Part shown: positions 25,710-37,717 of the stretch, piece by piece
How positions within the stretch are numbered: the stretch's first letter is position 1
Layout: the number at the start of each line of letters is the position of its first letter
From: Octopus vulgaris
Taxonomy: Eukaryota
Length of the DNA stretch: 64,000 nucleotides
Reading direction: 5' to 3'
NCBI GenBank assembly: GCA_951406725.2
Contig: OX597814.1
Coordinates: 150,288,001 to 150,352,000, forward strand
Program-made: the position numbers and the translations under genes
The notes under the pieces: generated by a model
Seen by the model: only the letters and a program-made list of their open reading frames with translations
Database searches by the model: none
What the model was told of the DNA's origin: nothing

Positions 25710-26323
25710 ATAGTATATTTGTATATATATATATATACATATATATGTGTGTGTGTGTGTGTGTTGTGTGTGTGTATCCTCGGTACTCTGTCGCCTTGTA
25801 GACACTTGATTTGCTAAAGACAGTACCTAAATCCATCTACACCACACCTCCATGTCTTAAAAATAGAAAGGCATTGGTTAGTTGTAACTTAGATGTATAA
25901 GACAGGTTGGTAGGTTGGGAAAAATCGAAATGCCTTTGATTATATCATTGGCAAAACCAATGACAACTGAATGTAAAGCAAACGCAAGCAACATTGAAGA
26001 CGTGCTAATGAATGAACCGCTGCTTGGTCGCTCGGCTAGCAAGAAATAGCAGTCAAATCTTGCTCTCAGCTTATCATCTTCTTGGATAGATTTCTTGGCT
26101 AATGCAGTAAGACGTAGGTCTGAAACTAAGAAGAGAAATCGCATGTGGAATACCAATTACAATTGTCTGTGCCTCTAGAGATTAAACAACAATTGTAACA
26201 ATGCCATCAAAAGCACAACAGTAACAACGCTAGTGATCGAGACAATCTGTACTGGTTGATCTACCCGCTAGAAATAACAGGCAACTCTCTTTTAGATCAC
26301 TCTAATGAAAGAATATCTTCATG

Positions 26324-26384
<61 letters not shown>

Positions 26385-26385
26385 G

Positions 26386-26435
<50 letters not shown>

Positions 26436-26675
26436 CATACATATATATAATTAATCTCTGAGTGACCTATATACCGTAGCTACACGATATCGTGAAGTAT
26501 ATTTGCCACCTAAATGTGGCTAGCCCTTAAGGGTTGATGCTACTGTAGCTTGTAGCTCCAGGAAGACATCTTCAGTTGGCTATTGACACACTATATATGT
26601 CCTATCAGTACTTGCAAAGGGAAGAAATCGTTCCCATCTCCAGCCTGACGTGCTACACACGGACCCGAGTTTCTG
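24520..26675. repeat. Local tandem duplication of ~1.1 kb (~24520-25640 and ~25650-26675)
   Basis: Colinear, highly similar sequence, for example GACACTTGATTTGCTAAAGACAGTACCTAAATCCATCTACACC at ~24656 and 25801. Confidence 0.9.
25291..25343 (-). ncRNA. Minimal type I hammerhead (U3-A8 variant)
   Basis: Reverse complement is CAG-TTGAAAA-GGTC/TCAAAAT/GACC-GAAA-CCGG-TA-CTG, with outer AATC/GATT pairing. Confidence 0.8.
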
Positions 26676-26873
26676 GGTATTCACCAGTCATCAACTCGGT
26701 TCCGTGTGTACCACGTCAGGCTGGAGATAGGAACGTTGACTTCTTTGGCAAATACTGATAGGGCACAGATGGTGTGTCAGTAGCCAGCTGGAGGAGATGT
26801 CTTTCTGGGGCTACAAGTTACAGTAGCATCAACCTTTAAGGGTTAGCCACATTTAGGTGGCAAATATACTTCA

Positions 26874-26880
<7 letters not shown>
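26450..26880. mobile_element. Foldback element: tail 26450-26486, diverged inverted arms ~26487-26671 and ~26693-26879
   Basis: ATATCGTGAAGTATATTTGCCACCTAAATGTGGCTA... pairs with ...TAGCCACATTTAGGTGGCAAATATACTTCACGATAT. (TA)n lies on both sides. Confidence 0.8.
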
Positions 26881-26907
<27 letters not shown>

Positions 26908-27035
26908 CGGGAAGCTTTATGAAAATAGACAAAAGACGAAGGCAGGTTTACGGAAATAAACAAAAGACGAAGGCAGGTGGAATACAAACAAACAATTGTA
27001 TTAGTATGGCGCTCAGGAAATATAAATAAAACAAG

Positions 27036-27073
27036 TCTTTAACGTTTCGAGCCTACGCTTTTCAACAGAAAGA
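27036..27073 (-). ncRNA. Minimal hammerhead-like motif (CUGUUGA core)
   Basis: Reverse complement is TCTTT-CTGTTGA-AAAGC/GTAG/GCTC-GAAA-CG-TT-AAAGA, with a perfect 5-bp stem I. Confidence 0.6.
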
Positions 27074-27359
27074 TACACAGAGAAGAAACACAGAAAGAAG
27101 GAGAGAAAAAAAATGCGTGCAGAGGCTAGCGAATCAACATGGCGATCTGATTTCGGCCAGAAGTCAAAGATCAAACGTGAGACGCAAGAGCAAAATTAGG
27201 GGAGATAATAGGGTTAAATGACCTCGCTCCAACATAAGAGTGTGTGTGTGTGTGTATGAGAGAGTATTAGTGCGTATGAGAGGTCTGGACGTGTGTATGT
27301 ATATATGATGTGATGTGTAAAGTCGTATGGTGTAGTGTAGAGAGAGGAGATGAGTGAAG

Positions 27360-27855
27360 AGGGGGGTAAGGGGGAGGGGGAGAAACAAAAGGGGAGAAGA
27401 GGAGGGGGAAGGGGGAGAAGGAAGGAGAGGAGAAGAGAAGGGGAGAGAAGGGGAGAAGGAAGGAGAGGAGAAGAGAGGAGGATAGAGGGAGAGGGGGAGA
27501 GAGAGAGAGAAGGGGAGTGAGGGAGCAGAGAGAAAGAGAGAAGGGGAAGAGGGAAGAAGGAGGGAGAGAGAAAGAGGGAAGAAGGGAAGAGAGAAAGAGG
27601 GAAGAGGGAAGGGGAAGAGGGAAGGGGAAGAGGGAAGGGGAAGAGGGAAGGGGAAGAGGGAAGGGGAAGAGGGAAGGAGAAGAGGGAAGGGGAAGAGGGA
27701 AGGGGAAGAGGGAAGGGGAAGAGGGAAGGGGAAGAGGGAAGAAGGAGGGAGGGAGAAAGAGGGAAGAAGGGAAGAGGAGTAGGGGTGAAAGGATGAAGGA
27801 CTGAAGAGAAGTAGGGGTCGGGGGGAGGTTAGATGAGGAGGGGGAGAGGGGGTTA
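27360..27855. repeat. Polypurine tract including GAGGGAAGGGGAA-type tandem units
   Basis: About 500 bp of almost exclusively G and A. Confidence 0.9.
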
Positions 27856-28135
27856 GATGTATATATATGGCAAATGAAAGACGGAAGATGGAATATACGA
27901 GAATTTATATCTATCAGAATTTATAAGCTATCAGATATGAATAATTCGTTTTATATGCATATATGGATAAATTGAGAAATGGACTCAAACGGAAATGATT
28001 TAAATAACACCTGCGTTTGAAAAAAATACACATACACACGCACACACACACGCGAATATATATATATATACACACATACGCATATTTATATATCAATATA
28101 AACATATATATCTATACATGTATACATATACATTC

Positions 28136-29425
28136 TACGATGGGTAAATTGTCGCCATTTTATATTTTTAATCTTGCGCATGAGCATTGTTTAGTTTTGC
28201 TTTTGTCGGCTGCACAGTATAGTAGAGTCAGTTAGGCACCGTCTGCGAGAAAAAACAGCACCATTACGCAATTCGCTCTGTCGGAGATTTGGAAACGTCA
28301 TTCTGTACTGCTTGGCATTCGCGCCGGAAGCTCGAATACGAACATTCCTGAGTGTTTGGGTGTCAATTTGAAGACAGTGCAGAGGGTTCAGAAAGAGCTG
28401 GATGTGTCTAATGGTCATTATACAGGTACGCAGCTCGGAAAACTCACTCTGATCGTCCTGAGAAGAAAAGAACTCCTGAATTTGTTGATGTGATCGAGGC
28501 CTTGATTGACAACGATACTTCCAAGTCAAGCAGGTCCATCGCCAGGGACATGGGAGTGTCTAAGTTTGTTATCATTTAGGTAGTGCATGAAGACATTCAG
28601 TATTCTTCATACAAGGTGAGAAAGGGCCAATTTTTTTCCCAAGCCATCAAGGACAAGAGGAAAGACCACACTACAAATCTTTTGAACAGACTCAAGCATC
28701 CCCTCCAACTGAACATGCTTTCGTTTTTCTCAGACAAGAAACATTTCTGCCAGGATCAGATGCTGAACGCACAGAACAACCGTTGGCGTCCCGTGTTCCG
28801 AAAACATGTACGGAGAGCGATAAAAATCAAGCATCCAGTCAACATCATGGTGTTTGGTTTGCTCACTAGTGATGGTGACGTAATGACTCCATTCATCTTC
28901 CCATACAGCCTCACACCCAACACGGAGGCCTATATCAAGTGACTGGAGAAGCTAGTGCGACCCAAGGTCATGAGGGTGGCTGCTGTAAGACCCTATGTCT
29001 AGCAACAGGGTTATTGCACCATGCCACACAAGCAGGATAACCCAATCATGCCTGTCAGAGAATTTCTGCGACCACATCACCCCTAACATCTGGTCACCTA
29101 AGTCGCCAGTCTGTAACCCCACCTTGATTATTAGGTGTGGGGAGCAGTTGAGGGAGAGACCAACAAAACTCCTTGTAACACCAAAGATGAACTGAAGGCA
29201 AGGATTATGGCAGCATTCACCAACTTAAACAAGGAGACCGCCCAGAAGAGTGGCAGAAGATTTCGAAGTCGACTTGCGATTTTATTGAATATATCAACTC
29301 TTTAGTATTTCAAGATACTTTTATGTCATTTTGTTAAATATACCTCTTAAAATGGGATGAATATTTTATTTTCATTTTTGCGTAATTTAGACGAAGTTTG
29401 ACAATTGTGCTGCAACACCAGCCGT
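28136..29425 (+). mobile_element. Second degenerate copy of the DD37D/maT-like transposon
   Basis: It has the same terminus (CGATGGGTAAATTGTCGCCATTTT) and colinear transposase remnants (FFSDKK, NIMVFG, HITPNIWSPKSP). Confidence 0.85.
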
Positions 29426-29598
29426 GTTATAAAACACTGTTTGGAATGTCCTCAACTCATGAAACTAATAGTAGCACATTAAATCATATATTGTGTTTAT
29501 TAAATAATATTTATCTCAAATCGGATGAACTACTTTTTTTTTATTTTACCATCACGCAACAGTACACTAATATACACACATATATACATGTGTGTGTG

Positions 29599-29642
<44 letters not shown>

Positions 29643-29824
29643 GTGTGATGAGTGTGAGTATATATGTTTATATGTATATGTGTGGGTGTTTGGAAAGAAT
29701 CTTGCTTCCTTACCACATGGTTCCGGGTTCAGTGCCACTGTGGGCAACTGTTTTCTATTATAGCCTTCGGCCGACCAAGGCCTTCCGAGTGGATTTAGTA
29801 GTCGAATACTGTGAAAGAAGCCCA

Positions 29825-29895
<71 letters not shown>

Positions 29896-30826
29896 CATAT
29901 ATAAGTATGTATGTGTGTATGTATGTATCTGTGTTTCTGTTTGTCCACCCAACATTACTTGACAACTGATGTTGATGTGTTTACGTCCCTGTAACATAGC
30001 GGTTTGGCAAAAAGAGACGATAGAATAAGTTCTAGGCATACAAAGAATAATTCCTGGGGTCGATTTGTTCGACTAAAGGCGGAGTTCCACCATGGCCGCA
30101 GTCATATGACTGAAACAAATAAAAGAATATAAATATATATATATATGTATATATATGAATGTGTGTGTGTGTGTATAAAAGATATTCAGATAATCAATAT
30201 CTTGCTAATCACACTCAGAAATTTCCAGTCAAATACTGAGATTTATCTGCGGAAACAAAATCAAATTGAATGTGTTGATTAAGTAAGGCTGTATATAATA
30301 AATTATCTATCAAGTAGTTGTGAAACTCAAATATTAATTAAATGATATTATTAAATTTGTATTTATAAAACATATCAATATTCGTAAAAAAACCCAATTT
30401 ATTGCTATATTTTTGTGAAAAAAGAATGAATAACGGATATAATTTAAGATCAAATTAAATTAGAAAGAAGAAATATTGTTATATGTAAACAAAAATATGA
30501 TAAATTTAAGATAAGCGCTCACGCACACATAGGTATATTAATATATATATTTATGTATGCAGACTTGAACACACACAAACTCACTTACGCAAACACATGC
30601 ACACAAATTTACCCTTAAATGAGAAAATGTCTAACAATTGGTAAATTCTTATTATCTCTGCGTGTGTGTGTAATTGTGCATACGAGTGTGTGTTTGTGAG
30701 AGCCAGAGAGAGAGAGTGAGAGAAAAATTGAGCATGTGTGGGTTGGAATATGTGTGTGTATATATCTACGTGTTTAAATTATACATGTAAGAAAGGGTGG
30801 TGTATATATAATAACAATAATACGTG

Positions 30827-30892
<66 letters not shown>

Positions 30893-31686
30893 TGTGTGTT
30901 TGTGTGTGTGTGTGTTTGTGTGTGTGTATCTGCATATATGCTTATACACATACACGCACGAGTGCGAAGTATACCGACTTGGAGAAAGAAGAAAAAAGAG
31001 CATATAATTGATGAGGTCGCCAATGGCAACGAAAAGACTCTAACAAACCAGCTGATTGATTTATGGAACGACTAATCAACTAATCAGTTAATTGCTTAGC
31101 AATTTGATTAATAATGATAGTAATAACCTACCAATATAATCATTATATCCCACCTAACCTAGATGCCTTGTTAGAACACCGAGAACTGCGTTATTAGCCT
31201 TGAGAAATCCTCACCTACTGGCGTTTGGTGCATCAAGGCACACCCATAGAACGTAGCAGACGAAATTCGTCTCCCGTGAACCCTGGAATGACCATATTAT
31301 GTGATATCGCTTTATTTGACCTTATGAATGGGAAGCACCGATCCCCGAACCCTTTGTGAGCGTATCTGAGTTTATCTTATCGTTTTCCACTTTCTTTTAA
31401 GATTGTAGAGTGTGCTTTGTGAGAGAATTTGCTGCTCTTACTAGCACGTTAAGAGACCACTTTGGATCATATACAGATATACCATACGAAGATAGCATAA
31501 TTGCACGATCACGTCTACAGTCTTCTACTACGGCCCGAACCTATAGCAGAAGACACTTGCCCAAGGTGCCACGCAGTGGGACTGAATCCAGAACCATGTG
31601 ATTGGTAAGCAAGTTACTTACCACACAGCCACTCCTGCGCCTATATATATGTATATATAATTTAAAACTCGCTAAGAAGGTTTTGA

Positions 31687-31738
31687 AACCACCTGAAGAA
31701 TGTCTAAGATGTGCCGACACGAAACGATCGTAGTGGTT
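31687..31738 (+). ncRNA. Type I hammerhead ribozyme, canonical core
   Basis: AACCAC-CTGAAGA-ATGTC/loop/GACAC-GAAA-CGATCG-TA-GTGGTT: 6-bp stem I, CUGANGA, GAAA, palindromic stem III and a GUA cleavage triplet. Confidence 0.85.
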
Positions 31739-32348
31739 ATTCATATGTTAAATTTTAATTTATATAAATTATTTTATGTATTGGCTTAAGTCTTTCTTTG
31801 TTTGATTTGCATAATAGTGGTTTTGTCTCTAATTTGATATAATATAATATCTTACTATAAAATTGGATTCAATCTTAAATCTGATTTTTCCATGTAAATT
31901 TGGATTTATTCCCTAATATTTATTATTATATATATATAGTATTTTGATTATAAACACATGTATAATACTTTTGATATGTATAATATTTTGATATATGTAT
32001 AGATATATAAATAACGTAATACGATATTCTTATGTTGTAAATCTATTATATAATATATCCAACACTAAATGACAGCTAATCAACTCTACGAAATTTGAAA
32101 TAGGGCTGATCATTAAAATCTTACATTGTAAGTTTAAGTATAACATTAAGTGGCACTCCGTCGGTTATGATGACGCGAGTTCCAGTTAATCCGATCAACG
32201 GAACAGTTTGTTCGTGAAATGAACGAGTAAGTGACTGAGCACTCTATAGACACTTTCCTTCAACGTAGTGCTCAGGGAGATTCGGCGTAACGCAGAATGT
32301 GACACGCTGAATATATATATGTGTATCTATATGTGTATACACTTTACT

Positions 32349-32935
32349 CAAGTAGTGTGGAGCGACTGACCTCCCTTGTTCGAAGGTTATATGGATACAG
32401 TTTGTGTATCAAATAGCTAACTTAAGGCGATGGCCTCATGGAGCTAATAAGCGGACAGCTTTATTCTTGTTTTTATAAGAGTGCCATATTGGTATGGCGA
32501 TAACTATTAATTTCCAGGAACGCTGCCGTGTTCTCTTTTAGAGAGACTTAGTAATTTTAATATTTCTATTATTGAAAACAAGTGGATGTATTCCACCGAA
32601 ACTAGGTAAATAAAACCTTCGAACAGAGATAGTCGGAAGCGACACCTGCTGGTCTGACTGCGCTGCATTGACAAGGGGCAATGCCCCGAAGCGCGTCTGT
32701 GGCTGTCGATCAAGTAGTGTGGAGCGACTGACCTCCCTTGTTCGAAGGTTATATGGATACAGTTTGTGTATCAAATAGCTAACTTAAGGCGATGGCCTCA
32801 TGGAGCTAATAAACGGACAGCTTTATTCTTGTTTTTATAAGAGTGCCATATTGGTATGGCTATAACTATTAATTTCCAGGAACGCTGCCGTGTTCTCTTT
32901 TAGAGAGACTTAGTAATTTTAATATGTCTATTATA
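32349..32935. repeat. Partial tandem (pseudo-LTR-like) direct repeat, period ~363 bp; a third, shorter copy at ~37527-37682
   Basis: AAGTAGTGTGGAGCGACTGACCTCCCTTGTTCGAAGG... starts at ~32350, ~32712 and ~37528. The last two copies end in (TA)n. Confidence 0.8.
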
Positions 32936-32994
32936 TATATATATATGCACATATATATATACATATATACATACATACATATATATATACATAC

Positions 32995-33070
<76 letters not shown>

Positions 33071-33559
33071 TATGCTTATATTAACATCTGATTTCCACTT
33101 AGTACGCTCGTATACGTATGTGTACGTAAATTACATTTACAAGTAGGTGCACGAACAAAGTAACGAGAACGGAATGCATCTAATAAAATAAATATATAAT
33201 CGTTAAATCTTTTAACTTTTCCATTACTTTACGTTTCACGTCGGAGAGACATTCTTCAGCTGGAATATCACCAAAGAATGTTTTCCAAAAAGGAAATTTG
33301 TGCTGCTGGTCTGTTTTGTGATATCGCATATTATAAACTTAAAGTTAGCGGAATTAGTTTCTATTTCGGTGTTGTAATATACAAGGTAGACCATATCAAA
33401 GTAGTAGTGTTTTGACAATATCTTCTACATTTTGTTTTAAATTATGGCTTAATGATCACTGCCATGTGTTTCTAATTTCGATATCCCTACAGATCATCAC
33501 TACGGGTCACCTTGGGTAGACGTATTCCACAACAGCTCCGGGTACTGATGATGTACAAG

Positions 33560-34420
33560 TATAATTTAGTAGAGGGAAACTGCGGAAACTTGTGCATGTT
33601 TTGGATTTCAAATTAAGTATTAGATGGTGCACAAGATTCATGAGACAGTATGATGGTATAGGATTCTGACAGAGAAAGAAGATTGCATAAAATCTATCTG
33701 GTAACCTTTATGATAACCTATTAGCGTTTCACAAATTTGTAAGCAGAAATCGGTAGAATAAAGGTTATAGGTTATCACATTTTTATAATCATGATCGAAA
33801 ATCTTAAATTTGTCATGTCAGGGAAATAAACCGCGAACCAAATACGAGAGAAAACTGTAATGGAGGATATTAAGGGATAAGAGAAGATCAAGTTTACTTT
33901 AAATCTTTCTTGTATAGTAAAGGATGTTAAATTAAAAGACATTTTAATGAGAAAAACAATGCTAAAGGTAGCATTTCCAAAAGCAGTTGCTGTACACATA
34001 CAAACACAACCTTAGATGAATTAAAGTGTCTGTGAATAATGAAAGCTTGGAATATACAACATAGGTAACGACAAAAGAATAGTTTGTTCGCTGGTCTGGA
34101 ATCAGTTTAAATTAAATCTGGTGAAGAGTATTGTTGAACATGTCCGATTACAAACCATTGAATTGTAGTAAATTCTGGCCAACGAAGTATTTTGCGAACA
34201 TTACATATTGAAATCAATAATCGTTTCAGGACAAAGCGACAATAAATAGAGCAACTTGATGTAAGCATATGCGAAAGTGGAGGGGACGCAAGCTCCATTA
34301 TTACATCTGGTCTGTGAACAGATCGTTAATTTATAGGAGGAAAGAAGAGGCAACATTATCAAATCATTCAAGAAATTTGAAAAGGAATTCATTGAATGTT
34401 GCAAAGGACGCATATATTTA
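33560..34420 (+). pseudogene. Highly decayed pogo/Tigger-type transposase
   Basis: Manual translation gives FKLSIRWCTRFMRQY (CENP-B-type HTH end), FVMSGK*TANQIREKTV...G*EKIKFTLNLSC...RKTMLKVAFPKAVAVH and QLDVSI, matching the pogo DDE_1 motif order. Confidence 0.7.
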
Positions 34421-35853
34421 CATAGGATGATGATGATGATAGTGATTTTGTTGTTGTTTCTTCTCTTGTTGTTCTTGATGATGGTGATGGTGGTTGTGGT
34501 GGTGGTGGTATTGTTTGTGATGTACAACCCATAATTACGGGGAGAAAAAGTGAAGAATATCTGCACGACAATATCTTTCACCCTTACGATAATGAAAGTT
34601 TATGTAGTACTGAAGATGATGAACAAAGTGATTTTGGAGGATTTTAACGATCCTTTACGTTTGTAATGCTTCAGATTTCCTATATTATTGCAGTTTAAAA
34701 CCACATTAATTTTCTATTTCAGTTTCCTATACATAAATATAACTTCCAAATTCATTTTCATTCTCCGTATTTATCATGGCCGTGGCCATAAGCTGCATTG
34801 AATCACCAAATTAGAAATAGTAGTTCACCATAGGTACACAGTGCTATGGTGAGTGTGGCTTCAAATAAAATAATCCATCAAAGAATTGCGATTGTAACAG
34901 CAATGATTATTCAGTATATACATAGAAATACACAACCTATTATGTAAATAAGGCCTTGTAACATTTATGAATATTTACACCAAGCCTAAGTATTTAGAAG
35001 AGATACAGGGCTATATTTGCTGAGTAGGATATGCGTTTTGATACGTATACTGAATAATTATTTACATTTATTGCAATAATTCATTTTATTTCATTTCCAT
35101 TAATCATTGAAAAGATTATTTGGGTTTCTGTACTGTATATATCCGTTGGTTTCTAATATGAATTTCAGCCCTTCAAAAATATTAACCTTATAAAAGCTGG
35201 TCTGCGAAATTTAGCCAAAATAGCTATTATACAAGAGAAACGAGATTTATAAATGTATATATAGTCTATATATATATAGTTGGCTGTCAACTTGTGTATG
35301 AGAAGTTTAAGCAGTGACTGAAAGTAATCAACAATGTCTGTGGAGAATTTTAAGACTAAGTCTATGGAAAGAAACTTTAGATACTTGCCATCTTATTAGC
35401 AATACAAAGAACAAACCGAGACAAAAAAATTTCGTGCCAATAAAAAACGTATTCCCGGGAGTAAGAGAGATTCAGCTGAGAAAGAAGATGACCAAATGAC
35501 TTACAAAATTCTCACTTCAACAAGGTTTATATCACAGAAAGACCTTACATTTACTTAGTGATATTGTTTAACAAAAGTTAGAAGATGGCTCACTGTCACT
35601 GGCTTTTCAAAGCACAGAAGCCAACCTAGAATTCCGAAACGCCGGCGCTGTTGCAAGATAGTCAATGCCCATAGGCTGCGTTCATGCTTCCTTTTCATAT
35701 AAATGGGTCTAGTCCTCCTAGGGTCTTGCGATCCTCATGAGAGGGCTAACCTCATCGGTATAGTTATATGATCAAGTTACATGCAACAGGTTGTACTGGA
35801 TTATTTGGATTACACGTAGGCTGGAGCTCTCACAGTCGACCTGATATACATCC

Positions 35854-35884
<31 letters not shown>

Positions 35885-36126
35885 CTTGCACACAAGCATA
35901 GGAATATCCGGTTTCCCGGTTTCTCTGGCGCACATATTCCTGCCTGGAGGGGATGCCGGTCCGTGGCAAAATTACTCATTTTTACCAGCTGAGTGGACTG
36001 CAGCAACATGAAATGAAGTGTTTTGCTGAAGAACACAACGCATCGCCTTTTCCAGGAATCGAAACCACAATCTTACGATCATGAGTTCAACACCCTGACC
36101 AGTAAGCCATACAAGTGTATACACAT

Positions 36127-36200
<74 letters not shown>

Positions 36201-37108
36201 CGTGAGGTTGTGAGCTCGAATCCCGAACCGGGCTGCGTGTTGTGTTCTCGAGCAAGGCACTTTATTTCACGTTGCTCCAGTTCACTCAGCTGTAGAAATG
36301 AGTTGCGACGTCACTGGAGCCAAGCTGTATCGACCTTTGTCTTTCCCTTGGATAAAACTGGTGGCGTGGAGAGGGGAGGCTGGTATGCATGGGCGACTGC
36401 TGGTCTTCCATAAACAACCTTGCCCGGACTTGTGTCTAGGAGGGTAACTTTCTAGGTGCAATCCCATGGTCATTCATGACCGAAGGGGGTCTTTATATAT
36501 ATATATATATATATACACATACACGCACGCACACACACAAATGTATACGTGTATGCCTGTTTGGGTGTGTATGTGTGTTTGTACGTATATATGTATGTAT
36601 TTATGCATTTATGTACACAACAGGTTTGGAATTGGATTCCAAAATGACAGAGAACTTATTGCTCATTTCCTTTGCTACAACTTTGAAGAAGCGAATTTAA
36701 AATCCTGACGCTGTGTTAATTTCTTCTGTCTAAATAAACCATAACAGGAACTATTTGGATAGATTAACAGTTAGAATAATGACAAAATTAATTGATATTC
36801 CTTTATCTTGCAGTGTATTCATTAACGAGATTAGACAAATGAAATGCAAACCTCATTATACGTGCATCTTTCGCACATATCCATAATGAGGATACAAATA
36901 AGATAAATAGGAATATTGACCTACATTGAGATTATTTAGGTCACATTTAAAATGTCCTTGCACATACGGTTTAGGAGGAGTTAACGAAGATAAAAATGTA
37001 ACAGAGAAACATCACTCAAATTTATATTAAGTTATACGTATATATATATATATATATATACATATGTACATACACACACACATACACGCACACACACACA
37101 CATACACG

Positions 37109-37139
<31 letters not shown>

Positions 37140-37234
37140 GTGTGTATTTATATGTAGGTGCGTACATTCATTTACATACAGACATACACACATACATAGT
37201 TATATATGCATATGTGTGTGTATGTATGTATATA

Positions 37235-37268
<34 letters not shown>

Positions 37269-37677
37269 TATATATTCAGATACATTTTTGGTTATTTTTA
37301 GTTATTTAGGATTCATAACGAATCGAGTCATATCAACTTGTAGAGCGCCACCGATTGGTTAGACAGAATTACGTCACTTAGCGGTTCGGAAAAACAGACC
37401 AATAGAATAAGTACTGGGCTTACAAAGAATAAGTCCCGGGGTCGATTTGCTCTACTAAAGGCGGTGCTCCAGCATGGCCGCAGTCAAATGACTGAAACAA
37501 GTAAAAGAGTAAAGAGTAAAAGAGTAAAGTAGTGTGGAGCGACTGACCTCCCTTGTTCGAAGGTTATATGGATACAGTTTGTGTATCAAATAGCTAACTT
37601 AAGGCGATGGCCTCATGGAGCTAATAAGCGGACAGCTTTATTCTTGTTTTTATAAGAGTGCCATATTGGTATGGCGA

Positions 37678-37717
<40 letters not shown>

